This document shows positions 11,685 to 24,700 of a stretch of 64,000 nucleotides of DNA, piece after piece. Under the pieces are notes generated by a model, which saw nothing but the letters and a program-made list of their open reading frames with translations, was not told where the DNA came from and ran no database searches. The stretch is from Macrostomum lignano (lineage: Eukaryota). Each line of letters begins with the position of its first letter. Positions within the stretch are counted from its first letter, which is position 1. The position numbers were made by a program, and so were the translations under genes. The stretch is taken from positions 62,001-126,000 of the forward strand of contig NIVC01001510.1 of NCBI GenBank assembly GCA_002269645.1. Reading direction: 5' to 3'.

Positions 11685-13175
11685 AAAAGGAAAAGGAATA
11701 GACTATTTGAAAGGGAGGAGGGGCGAGAGGGGATAAAAGAAAAGATAGAAGATAACAGGAGAGACGTACGAGGAGGTTGAGGAGAGAGCAGAGAATATGG
11801 GACGAAGAAGCGAGAGGAGGGGAGAGAGAAGGGAGAGGAAATAGTAGAGGTGAGAAGATGGAGAGAGAAGAGGGGAGAGATAAGACAGAGGATCGATGAG
11901 AGAGGAGAGTAGAGAAGAGTGAGATGAGAGAACAAAGAGGAGATGAGAGTATCGAGAGGGGGATTAGAAAGGATAGAGGGGAGGAGATAAGAGGGGGAGA
12001 GACGAGTGAGAAGAGAGAAGATAGATATGAGAGAGAGAGTTTAGAAAGAAGAGAGGACAAAGGAGAGATGATAGAGTAAAGGGAAGAGGAGGAGAGAGGA
12101 AAGAGATGAGATTGTAGAGATAAGTGAGATGAAAGGAAATATGAGAGATGAAGGAAGAGAGAGCAGAGTGCGGAGAGACGAGAAAAGAGAATAGAGGGGA
12201 GAGAGTATAGAAGAGGGAAGAGAAGAGAGGAGTAAGCTAGAAAGAGAGGAGTCAGAAGAGGGGAAAGAGAAGAGTACACAGTAGAGAGGAGAGTAGAGAT
12301 GACAGAAGAGAGAGGGGAATGAGAGAGCAAAGATGAGAGTGAACAGACGATATAAGAGAGGAGAGAGGAGAGTGAGAGAGAAGAGAGAAGACAAGAGAGG
12401 GAGAGAGTATAGAAGAGAGAAGAGAAGAGACGAGAAGAAAGAAGAAAGGATCGAGTCCTCCTGAGTCAAAAAGGGAAAAGAGATGAGTACAAGGGGAGAG
12501 GTGAGAGAACATATGAGAGTAAAGATGACTGATAAGAGAGGGGAGATGAGAGAGCAGAAACGAGAGTGAACAGATGAGAGATGGGAGAGTAGAGAGAAAA
12601 GAGGAGAGATAAGAAATAAGGGATGAGAGGTGTAGACAAGGGAGAGATGAGAAGTGAGTGAGGAGAGAGGAGGGGAAGGGAGAGAATCGAGAGGACAGGG
12701 GAAATTGGTGAAAAGGACGAGGGAGGAGAGGAAAGAGGGGAGAGAAGAGAGAGAAGAGAGATAGGATAGGAGAGAGCAGAGAGATGAGAGGAGAGAGTGG
12801 ACAGAGGAGAGGAAAGAGTTGAGAGAAGAGAGGAAAAAGGAGAGAGTAGAGATAAGGAAAGTGTTGAGAGAAGGTAGAGTAAGGAGTGAGAAGAGAGGTG
12901 AGGGAAGAGAGAGCAGAGAGCAGAGGGAAGACAGAGTAGAGAGCAGAGAGAAATGAGAAAAGATAAAACAGGAGAAAGGAGATATGAGAGACCAGAGACC
13001 AGAGCGAAGAGAGAGAAAAGAATAGAGGGGAGAGGGAAGAGACGAGAGAAGAGACGAGAGAGGAGAGAAGAAAGAAAAGATAAGAGGGGAGAGAGAGAAG
13101 AGACGAGAGAGAAGATAGGAAACAGAAAAGAAGATGGAAGTTTCAAAGGATGCAAAGGACATAGGGAGAGGCAGA
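11685..13175. repeat. ~1.5-kb purine-rich (GA) strand-asymmetric low-complexity tract
   Basis: The + strand is almost entirely A/G. The long minus-strand L/S-rich ORFs here are by-products. Confidence 0.9.
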
Positions 13176-13934
13176 GGTATGTAGAGGCCAGAGTTTGCCT
13201 GACATTCTGCGCAGCACCCCAGCCAACAATATCAATGTTTGCCTCAAATCCTAATTTTACATGATCCTAACTCTATCCTAACTATTAACAAGGGAACAAA
13301 TTTTTGTTTGAGTTTTACCTCAGATTTTAGAATACATGCAAAAATAATTCCGGGGAATGGAGTTCCCCGGGTTCAAAATCCGCGGGTTTCAACAGCTTGT
13401 TGAGATCTATAATAATAGGTAGAAGCTGCAGCTACTTTTAAATATTCTGTTGGCACATTGTGACTGTGTTACTAATATAATTAACTTATTGCAAATTTAC
13501 CTAACAACTTTATGATTGTAATATATCTGTACTTTACAGTTTTGTAAAGGAAAGAGTTCAGTGGGATGCCCTATAGAATGTGGCAATTGGTAGTTCTAAA
13601 TGCCTCGCAATAGCTACCCAAAGCATTTATCAATTGCTAATAATCAGAATGCCTCAACAAGTGATATCACTTTTGCATGTTTGTTATTCCTGTGTTAAAA
13701 TAGTATGCTAAAACTTTAAATGTTAAATGTTAAAATAATCATTAGAGACTTGTGCTAATGAAGGCTACTTTATATAAATGATACTTTAGGCTTTATACTT
13801 TATACATTATAGCTACTTTAGTTATATAAAATAAACTATTTGCAAGAACCTGTGTCCGCTTCCAGTTATGGCTCATTCAATTCTCATGAATCCATGTTTC
13901 AGGCACGTTATTATCCAAGAATTCGCTGTTAAAA

Positions 13935-15451
13935 ATGAGCTCAACAAGTTGCGATAACCCAGTACCAAGGACCATGCCGGACACCAGCCATCTGTCTCCG
14001 GCCGTTAAGAGCGGACTCATCGAGCTGGGATTACTCTCCGAAGATCCCAACGCGCCGCCGGCTACTTGGGAGAAAAGCGTTGAAGTGACCCAGAAGATCA
14101 TTGACAGTCTTCACAACCGGGCTGCCTACATACGAGTTTTACTTGGCGAGCCAGGGTACGCGCGCCCGCCAGTCAGGCAGCTGCCGGAAAATCCGACAGA
14201 AGTGAGTTTCCTAGAATTAGTCGATTGGCGGAATAGTTGACTATAGGTACCTGTATGTCTTCTCCATCTCTTTGGCTGATAGGATTCTGAGGATGTCACA
14301 GCCTCTCCATCTGGCTGGTGGGATTCAGAGGATGTCACAGCCTCTCCATCTGGCTGGTGGGATTCAGAGGATGTCACAGCCTCTCCATCTGGCTGGTGGG
14401 ATTCAGAGGATGTCACAGCCTCTCCATCTGGCTGGTGGGATTCAGAGGATGTCACAGCCTCTCCATCTGGCTGGTGGGATTCAGAGGATGTCACAGCCTC
14501 TCCATCTGGCTGGTGGGATTCAGAGGATGTCACAGCCTCTCCATCTGGCTGGTGGGATTCAGAGGATGTCACAGCCTCTCCATCTGGCTGGTGGGATTCA
14601 GAGGATGTCACAGCCTCTCCATCTGGCTGGGTGGGATTCAGAGGATGTCACAGCCTCTCCATCTGGCTGGGTGGGATTCAGAGGATGTCACAGCCTCTCC
14701 ATCTGGCTGGTGGGATTCAGAGGATGACACAGCCTCTCCATCTGGCTGGTGGGATATGAGGATGTCACAGCCTCTCCATCTGGCTGGTGGGATTCAGAGT
14801 ATGTCACAGCCTCTCCATCTGGCTGGTGGGATTCTGAGGATGTCACAGCCTCCCATCTGGCTGGTGAGATTCAGCTCCCAGCTCGTACTCTAAAATGATT
14901 TCTTTCTTATATTGTGCTTTGAATCTACCATTGCTGAGCATTGCCCAGTACACTACTGAATTTTTCCCCTAAAGAGCGACAGAGCCAGGCGCCTAATGCA
15001 GCTGGTAGATGACGCCAGAGCCGTCAAATTGGAGAACATACGCCTGGATACAAAGTTCGCTTGGCGCCAGTGCCGGCTGGCTGCCGAGAAATTGGCGGCC
15101 GAAAAGCTGCGCTACATATCAGTGCACGCCATGGCCGCGGCGGAAAACAGTAGGCGAAATAGGCTGAGAGCCAAGCTGGATGCCGCCAACCTCAAAGGGG
15201 AGCAGTTGCAGCAGGAATACGAGGAATTGAAACGCAAGATCAAACTGTACGAGGCTGCCGAGCGTGATGGTCGGATGCCGAGGCAGCTTGAACAGCCGAA
15301 GGCGGATGAACCCAAGGAAGAAGAGCCCACAGAGGAAGAGCGAGTGAAGCCGACTGACGAACCTGGAGATTCGCTGGAGCAGCAAGACAAGAATCAGCAA
15401 AAGAAGAAAAAGAAGCGCTCCCGTCGTCAGAACAATCACAAAAACAAGTGA
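13935..15451 (+). CDS. Two-exon, 247-aa coiled-coil protein with basic C-terminus, unknown function
   Basis: Exon 13935-14201 (gaa|GTGAGT) and exon 14975-15451 (cctaaAG|agc), phase 0-0, join into one frame: ...PENPTE-SDRARRLMQLVDD...KKKKKRSRRQNNHKNK*. Confidence 0.75.
14275..14875. repeat. Intronic 39-nt minisatellite (gattcagaggatgtcacagcctctccatctggctggtgg), ~15 copies
   Basis: Directly visible. Confidence 0.95.
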
Positions 15452-18400
15452 GGTTCAATCCGGCTTTATTATCACTTTGGACAGACTGTCAGGTAGTTTC
15501 GATTTAACTGATTGATGGAAATTTCATAATTTGGATTGAGTGATTTTTTCAGCTTGAAGCTTTGGCTCTCTTTTTAGTTACTTTTGTTATCGGTTACCAC
15601 ATTTTTCTTTACTGTTTTTTCAACTACCAAGTTTAAAAGTTGTGGTCCTTGAAGTCCACAAGCCTCCCTTCCAGAAGTTTTCTTACTTCAATGACTATTT
15701 ATCCATGCAGTTTATCGCCTTTGCTAATCAATATTTCCTCGCTAGTTGCAGTTATCTAGGGAGCTTCGAGTATTTCTCAGTGTTCTGTTTCCATAGCAAC
15801 TAACTAACACTTGGCATCGGTTACGATGGGTCTCATGTATCGAGTCTTAATTTCCTGTTTAGGTTGTATTTATGTATTAATAATCAACTGCCTTTAGAAC
15901 TGCAGCCCCAGGTTTATGCATTTGGCGTGCACCTGCTTTTATGCTCCTCTTTATCAAGCTCCCTACATTCAATGCACCTTTGTGTTTTTGTTACGTTTTG
16001 TACTGGTTTGTACTTTATTTGTTTTTTCCAATCAAATTGTTATTGACCGTTTTGGTCTCAAAAGTCCATATTGGTAAAAAAACAGTTACTTGAGCGGATC
16101 TTGCTCAAAAATATATCTCCTCAGCTCAGTTTTTAAAATCTTTTTTTGGATGAAAATGATGTGTCATGTTTTGATTTTGTTACTTTTATTGTTTTAGCGG
16201 CCACTCTGGGGATCTATTTGGTACAATATTCAGGCGCATATCGGAGAGATAAGGGTGTCAACTTAAAATGGAACCTGAAGTACAGCTGCGGAGCAAACCG
16301 ACTAGAAATTCGCAGGTTGCTCTCTTAATCTGGAACTGGAGCTTCACCAACTCTTCCTTCGCTAATGTATTAGATTGGCAAACTCAGATACCTCAACAGT
16401 TGTCTGAACTACAGCATGTTCACAAAATGGTGGACTATGTGCATGCGAGTATACTCGTAGACTACTAATGATAAAAACCGATGGGATTGTTTTAAAGTGT
16501 TCTTTAGAATATGCGCTCGTAGTTTAAGACACTGCCAATCGTTCAATCCGTTTCTACTATCGTCTATGGTCTAAACACCGTATGGCGTATATAGTCTATG
16601 GCACAGGCAGAGCATTGAATTTAGGACAGCTAGCTAGCAGTTAAATTCGGACAATTCATGCCCCCGTGCAAATGGAGCTGGAGAGCTCACCAGACGAAAT
16701 CAATCTACAGGATTTTCGCTCCATGGCACTGCAGAGTGCAGTCTGGTTTGCTCGCACACTGCGCTTCCTGCCGGTTGCTTGGCCGTGAAAGCATCTGATT
16801 GAGCACACATGTGGTCTGAACAGTTTAGTCATAATTACAGTTTGCATAAGTGCATCCAAAATGCTAACTCACTTTTATTGTTCGCTTTCTGCGTTATAAA
16901 ATACGCAATTGTGAGTTTGAGTTTAAACTCTGAGTTCAACTGATCGACGTCTTAAATTCAATTCTCTCCCCAATACACGGTGTTGGTCATATTGTTGGCC
17001 GTGTCTTAAATTGAATGCTTAACTTCCTAAAATGAAAATTGCTATAGTACGAGCATATATTAGGGGTATTATTGTTATTTCGCCGTAGACATTTTTTCTT
17101 CAACAAATCTGGGAGAGAATGTTGAAGAGCTGGCAGAGCCCCCGCTGGGGTGTGCGCGAAGGCCTCGGATTCTAACCAATAGACAAAATTTCATATATAT
17201 ATATCTGGCTTGGGTAATGAGAGTGAACATGCATAACTAGTAAACCGGTTTGACTCTGAAGACAATGACTTTAAACTGTAGTGGTATCGTGGAAGGAGAG
17301 ATAGCTGGAGCAAACACCGATTAATTGGAGTTCGCGACTCGTCAATCTGTTGGACCGAACAAGGAATCGGCTATGCCGTAATTTAACGGACTTTTAACTG
17401 TTCACTCAAGAATCATCTCAATGTAACGGAGATTACTGAAATGGACGAGACATCTGCAGATTGTTAATTTAGAGAAGGCCTCCGCTGTAAAGTCAACAAC
17501 AACAACAAAATAGGTTGTCATTGTCAGCCAGTCAAGCGAGTCATGAGAGGCAAATGATCACGTCACAAGAGAGTCAAAAAAGACCAGACTGTTAGCACGT
17601 TAGTAGGACAGCGTGACATTTGAATTGATTAAAGTGGCTCAGTACTGAAAATTGTGTTTTAATGCTCCGCCGTTGTTTGCAAGTGAAACTGTTTGTTGAA
17701 CTGCCCGCAGATTTGACTCTAATGAACTTTTTTTTAATTAGACTTGTGTTCGATGCAAGCGGGCTTAAAATATCCGGATATGTCTATGGCCATTTTATGG
17801 GAGAAGGGGCAAAAAGGTCATGGCACAAAAATGGTGTCTTTCACCAAAATCAAATTAAAAACGGTTTTGTAGTCTATGTTCAAATTCTTCATTGAACCAG
17901 AAGTCAGAAACCCACGTAGCAGATTCAACTTGTTTCGTTTAAATGCTCTTTTGTCTATGGCCAAATGTTTGATGAAGCTAAAAGCACAAAGAGAGATATG
18001 TTCAGATGAGCAACAGATATGCTATAAACTGTTTACATATGAAATTGTCCGTGGCGAAACCTACGTTTTGTCAGCTAGCTTTAAAACCAAGCTACATGTA
18101 TGCCTCAATACACGCGTGCTTCACTTTATCTGGTTCAAACTCAATCTCTTTCAATCTTGGGCATTTCTATAGTCAACTAGCCCGACAACTTCGGGTTCCA
18201 TTCTGGCGCTTAAGTTGAAACCCTCCTACTATATTGCTTTTTGATTAGAGAACTAGCTGTCTTAGTGGATATACTAGAAATGCCACTTTGAGAGCAGCTG
18301 AAAACTCAGCTCTCTCTCTACCCGTTTGAAAGACCCTATACCGTAGAAAGGCGGTTCGCATTATACGCACACCTACACACATGAGCCAACGCACAGTGGT

Positions 18401-18711
18401 GCGCTACTTGAGTTATTTCCATCCACTTTTAAAGCTCAAAGTACGGTACGGTTGCACACCGCGCTCCTATTGCTTGGACTCTGGGTAGATGCAAGAGAGT
18501 AAAAGAGATTGCTGTCCAGAAATGGAGAGATGAAAAAGACTGGCGGCAATAGTGTGCGCAGCGACCCATTCTACCTTAGCAACAGCTGAGCTGCGGGACC
18601 GCCATGTGACTCATAAATCAGCTGTAATAATAGAGTCTCGGCCGCGATCTGAACTTGAAGTTTGATCTGAACTTGAAGTTTGATCTGAACTTGAGCGACA
18701 TGCTCAGCTAA

Positions 18712-21700
18712 ATGGGCTGCAATTCTAGTCGACCCGACAGCGGCGGCGGCGTAGCCGGAGTCCGCATACTGGACAATGACACTGTCGCTGTGGACGCCTT
18801 CGGCAACGCTGGAGGGGACGGCGATGACGAGTAGTAAGTCTTTGGCGAGAATTCATCATCGCAAAGGGAAATGTCTATGGTTGAATCCTAGCAGCTGCAA
18901 CTAAAGCTGCTGCTAAAGTTATGAGCAATCAAAGTGTAAAAATAAATGCAACGATTCAACGAATATCGGATGACCGGATAAGCTCGAGTTATTGAAATGA
19001 AAGTGGACCTGCTTGGACCTGCTTGTTCTCTTGGACGGCGTGTTAAGAATTCAGTTTTTAAGCCATTTGATGATGGAGAAAAAGGTGTTTTTGACACTAC
19101 CACACTAGAGGTAGGTAGTTAACACTAAACTAGGTAGTTAACACTACACTCGCTCACACAGGGTGTACAGCGGACCTGACTGTCTAATCTTCCGTCATGT
19201 ACACTCTCTGCTTTTGGGGTTGGCCCTCCTGTCGTGTAAATCGGCCAGCTTTTAGTGCACAAGCCCCAAATGAAAAGTGACCGCTCACCGAATCGAACCA
19301 GCTACGTCGTAAGCGTGAGAATCAGACGCGTTTACCGCTGACCGACTCCCTCCGAGGTGGAAGACAAGGTTCTGAGGTACATGCAGCATGTGCCTACATG
19401 TATTCAACCACTGTCTATGCAATGCCAATTAAGACAGCAGCATTTAGTCTAGCCTTATTTTCAACGAATTTCGTATTTATTGCGAATAACTGCAGTCTGA
19501 GTTTGCGATGAGGCGTCGCAGGTCTGTCAGTTTCAACCATACGAGCTACAATCAGAGAAAACTCAGAACCTTAAACTTGCGCTTAACTTGATGTCCACTA
19601 AAACGCTATAGAGAGACGTCCGGGAGAAAGTATCATTATTTAGTGAGGGAGTACAGGCCTATCAATGCAGTGCTTTAGTATCTGTGACCCTTTCGGTCCC
19701 CTCCAAAAATCTCTCTTGCAGCCCGACAGGCCCGGAGGACTACGAGTTCGGCGCGGGCGAAATCCCGCTAGACCGGTTCGCTTTGTCACCTGACCAGGAG
19801 GACTACGTGACGCCGCAGTACCTGCAGTCCATGCAGCGAGTCTACCAGGCCGAAGCGGCCAAGCAGGGCAGATTCGCACTGATAGAGAACGAGGAGGAGC
19901 GCCGGCCGCCACTGACGGACAAGGCGACGCTGGTGGCGCCCGAGCTGCTGGCCAGGGCCGACGCGATAGCCGACGCAACGCCGCTGGAGGTTGCCGGAGC
20001 CGGGTTTGACGTCCTGGTTGGCCACCTGTGCGACCAGGTGAAGATGGGAATCAGCCTGGCACTGGATTATACAAAATCCACTCCTAACTCTGGATTTCAA
20101 TAGATGAGTCACTGTCACCATGTGGTCCCTCTTCACAACTTAACACACTCTCCACTTTGACTTCAGGCCCTAGATAAGTAACTCACTTTTCCATTACTCT
20201 TTCGACAGCAAGATTGGTCACTCTTCACTCTCTGGTCACTCTTCACTCTCTGGTCACTGTTCACTCTCTAGTCACTCTTCACTCTCTAGTTACTCTTCCC
20301 TCTCTGGTCACTCTTCACTCTCTGGTCACTTTTCACTCTGTTGTCACTCTTCACTCTTTAGTTACTCTTCCCTCTCTGGTCACTCTTCACTCTCTGGTCA
20401 CTTTTCACTCTGTTGTCACTCTTTACTCTCTGGTCATTCTTCACTCTCTGGTCACTCTTCACTCTCTGATCACTCTTTACTCTCTGATCACTCTTTACTC
20501 TCTGGTCACTCTTCACTCTCTGGTCACTCTTCCCTCTCTGGTCACTCTTCACTTTCTGGTCACTCTTCACTCTCTGATCACTCATTACTCTCTGGTCACT
20601 ATTCACTCTCTGGTCACTCTTCACTCTCTGGTCACTCTTCACTCTCTGGTCACTCTTCACTCTCTGGTCACTCGTCACTCTCTGGTCACTCTTCACTCTC
20701 TGGTCACTCTTCACTCTCTGGTCACTCTTCACTCTCTGGTCACTCTTCAATTCTCAAGAAGTATTATAATAACTCTTTAGATCCTATGCGGATTAACAGA
20801 GCACACGATGACTAGGGTGTGGCACTCACTATGGGCATCCTAAAGATCCCAATGGCCACATCACAGCACTTTGCGGAGATAGCTATATACTCGTATACGA
20901 GTAACACGAGCTGAAACTCAAAAGACGCAGTAACTATATGGTAACTATATAGCAACTATATAGCAATGATGATGCCACATCGCCTCCTCCCCAGGTGAGC
21001 ACCGAACTAGAAGCAGTCCGAGTCCTGTTCCGTTGGATGGCGGTGACCGCCGGCAATCGTCGAGTTGATGCGCTGCTTGAAGGCGCCGAGACCACGCAGG
21101 AGGATCCGCTGCACTACATCCGCTGCATCAGGGAGGGCCGCGGCATCAACTACGTGCTGCTGCTGCACCGTCTGCTGCGGCATGCGGGCATCGCTGCAGA
21201 GGTCCGCCTTTTTTTACTATAGGGAGGAGAGAGAAACATATTTTTCTTTCCCTCTTTCTTTCAACACCGTCACCCAATCTGCTGTAGCCTCCACACCGTC
21301 ACCCAATCTGCTGTAGCCTTCTACACCGTCACCCAATCTGCTGTAGCCTTCCACACCGTCACCCTGTAGCCTCCAACACCGTCACCCAATCTGCTGTAGC
21401 CTCCAACACCGTCACCCAATCTGCTGTAGCCTCCACCGTCACCCAATCTGCTGTAGCCTCCACACCGTCACCCAATCTGCTGTAGCCTTCCACACCGTCA
21501 CCCTGTAGCCTCCAACACCGTCACCCAATCTGCTGTAGCCTCCAACACCGTCACCCAATCTGCTGTAGCCTCCAACACCGTCACCCAATCTGCTGTAGCC
21601 TTCAACACTGTCACCCAATCTGCTGTAGCCTTCAACACCGTCACCCAATCTGCTGTAGCCTCCAACACCGTCACCCAATCTGCTGTAGCCTTCAACACCG

Positions 21701-24700
21701 TCACCCAATCTGCTGTAGCCTTCAACACCGTCACCCAATCTGCTGTAGCCTCCAACACCGTCACCCAATCTGCTGTAGCCTCCAACACCGTCACCCAATC
21801 TGCTGTAGCCTCCAACACCGTCACCCAATCTGCTGTAGCCTCCAACACCGTCACCCAATCTGCTGTAGCTTCCAACTCCGTCAATCCTCACCAACGCTAT
21901 CAAATGCTATACATGTACCTCAGAATGTTAAACAGCTGTCTCAATACATGCATTGAGCTTTATATACCTGCAGGTCGTCGGCGGGGTCACCAAGGGCGCT
22001 CAGTATCGAATCGGGCACCACGTCAACGAGGATAACGCGTCCCTATGGCTGGCGGTGCTCGTTGAAGGCCAGTGGCGTCTCATTGACCCAATCTGGGCCT
22101 GTCAGGTGCTGCAGGTGAGTCGCTTTAACAAGCTTGTTTTCATAAGAACTGTGGGCGTTTCGGTACTAAACTGCATTGGAGATGTAGGAACCGTCCAGGT
22201 TTTGCAAAGTTGCAAGTGAATTGAAAAAGAGATTCTTCATAGGGCTTTAACTGTTTTACATGCAAATTTCTTTAACGAGGAAGCGCAGCTTTCGAGGTCT
22301 CGAAGTGCTCATTGTCAGGCCTTACTAAGTAGTTGTAGTCTGCAGGAAGCCTTTGCTTTGGAAGCCGCAAGGTGACGTCATTCTCATTCCGTTGACACCT
22401 GAGTGCGCACGCGCATACTTTGACCGTTATGGGGTTGCAACATCCACTAACCCCCAATTAATGTGACTGATATCGAATCCACTGGGCACTTTGGCTCATG
22501 ACTCTCATCACTCCAGGGCTACGACAGCGGAGAATGGAGCCGACTAGACGAAGCTGCCGCAGCCGCCGCAGCCTCCGACGCCGCGGCTGGCACCTCGGCA
22601 GCAGCAGCCGGGGAGGTCGGGTTCGCCATCAGCGAGTTCTACTTCCTGACTGACCCGCACTACGCGGTGCTGGAGCATTTCCCCTATGATCCCCGCTGGC
22701 AGCTGCTGCCCCGGCCAATCAGCCTTGAAGAATTCGAAGAGATGCCGCAGTGCGAGCCAGAGGAAATGGAGCGGCTCGGCCTGGAGATTGTCAGCCATCC
22801 GAAGTGCGTCTTCGAGATCCGCGACAGCGGCCTGTCGCAGCAGGAGCGCCGGCTGGGGCTGCACATCAAGAAGGGCCAGGACAACACGCTGGAGTTCCAG
22901 GAGGAGCCGCGCGAAGCCTTCGCCATCTACTCCGCCCGACTGTACATCCACGCCTCGGCGCTGAACTCGGAGGCCACCGGCAGCGAGATTCAATACAAAT
23001 CGCAGAAATGGCAGCTGGCGCACTTTTGCATCACGGGGCACAGCGTGAAGAAGCGAGAACTGTTCATCACCGTGATTCCACCAGTGGCTGGCAAGTTTCT
23101 ACTGAAACTATTCGGCGCCAGGTGCGCGGACAGCTGCCTGCGTCACGTGATCTCCTACGTGTTTCACTGCCGGCGCCCGGCCGAGGTGGCGCCCGTGCCG
23201 GCAGGCAACCTCACCGAGTGGGGACCGGGCGGCCAGACAGCCGAGGCGGGGCTGGACCCGCTGACCCACCCGGATCCCCTGGTGGAGACGGTGCGAGGCG
23301 AGGCGAGACTGCGCTTTGCGACTGAGAGTAACCACCTGCAGTACTCGGTGAGCTGGGCTGGCCTGCTGGGAGGCTCACTGCTCTCGTATAATGGTTGGTA
23401 AAACTGTAAGAAGTCCTTGACTCTAAGAAGTCCTTGAAGTACTACTCTAAAAAGTCATTGAAGGACCACTCAAAGAAGTCCTTGAAATACCACTAAGAAA
23501 ACCTTGAAAGACTTCTTTAAGAAGTCCTTGAAGCACCACCTGACTAAGCTCATGCTCTCGCCCATCCCATCAATCGACTATCCAGATTGAGCTCCGCAGC
23601 ACAGACAATGGCATCCGATTCCTTGAACTGTACAGCATTCACTGGATGGAGAACGGCGAGGCCGTGTTCCATCTGCGCGCGCCAAAGGAAGGCCTGTACG
23701 CAGCCTGCATCTCCTGTCGGCTGCCCAGCGGCCGGGTGGTGCCGGTCTGCGACTACCTCATCGACAGCCAGGCGCCCTGCCAGGATCCCGACTTCCTCTA
23801 CCCCCGGCTTAAAGAGCCGCTAGGCGTCAATTCGGACGCCTGTCGGAGTCTGGACACCGAGCCGCTGGCGCCTCATCAGTTTGGGTATTTGGAGTGCGCA
23901 ACTCGGACACTGCGCGTTGTCTGGCGCATGGGCCGGCCGCTACTCTACTGCGTCACAATGCGCCTGCAGGACCATCGGGGCCATCACGACTACACTGACC
24001 TCATCCTGGTGGAGACCAGCGTCGCCGAGGCCAGGGCCAGCGTCTCCATCAAGTTTCCCCAATACGGATATTATCACTTGGCCATCGGGGCCGCGCCAGA
24101 CTCGGGGAGCGAAAGCGCCAGGTGGGTAACTTGGTAGTAGAAATGTGAGATTGTGTAAAACTAATTTAGAAATAAGCCCGACCCGGTGTTTTGCAATTTT
24201 AGCTCAGATTTTAGTGACAAATTTCGGATCAGTAAGGAGATAAAAGAGCGAGAGAGATTGGGATGGAGATACATGGTGATGCTGAGAGGGAGGCGCTTTT
24301 ATCGCTGAGCTGCTCTGCCCCTTGAGAAATTTGAGAGAAATGCAGAGGAACATGGAAGGTGATGGAGAGGAGGCGAGAGAAACTGCTATTTAATGCAAGT
24401 CAACGCTGTCAAAAAACCTTAGGGAGGTCCGACACCTGTGCAATTACGTCATCAAATTCAACGGCGAGCCGTACGTTGACGCTACGCCGTTCCCTCGGCC
24501 AACGCCGCTTTGGCAGCGCGGCTTCCGGCTGATGTCGCCAGACAGCAGCCAGCTGGAGGCCGGCCGGTACGTGCAGATTGTGGTCAAAGCCGATCGGCGA
24601 GTGAAGTTCGGCCAGCTGCAGCTGCGGGTCGAGCGGCCCCAGCTGCTGATGTTCTACCTGCAGCGGGATGCGGACAATCCAGTCTACTGGAAGTCCACCA

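Noticed and set aside
11585-13264. L/S-rich ORFs of 116-373 aa
   Set aside because: Stop-poor reading of a polypyrimidine strand; no coding signal.
17220-17510. Possible LINE 3' tail ending in (CAA)n
   Set aside because: No recognisable protein motif in any frame; too weak to call.
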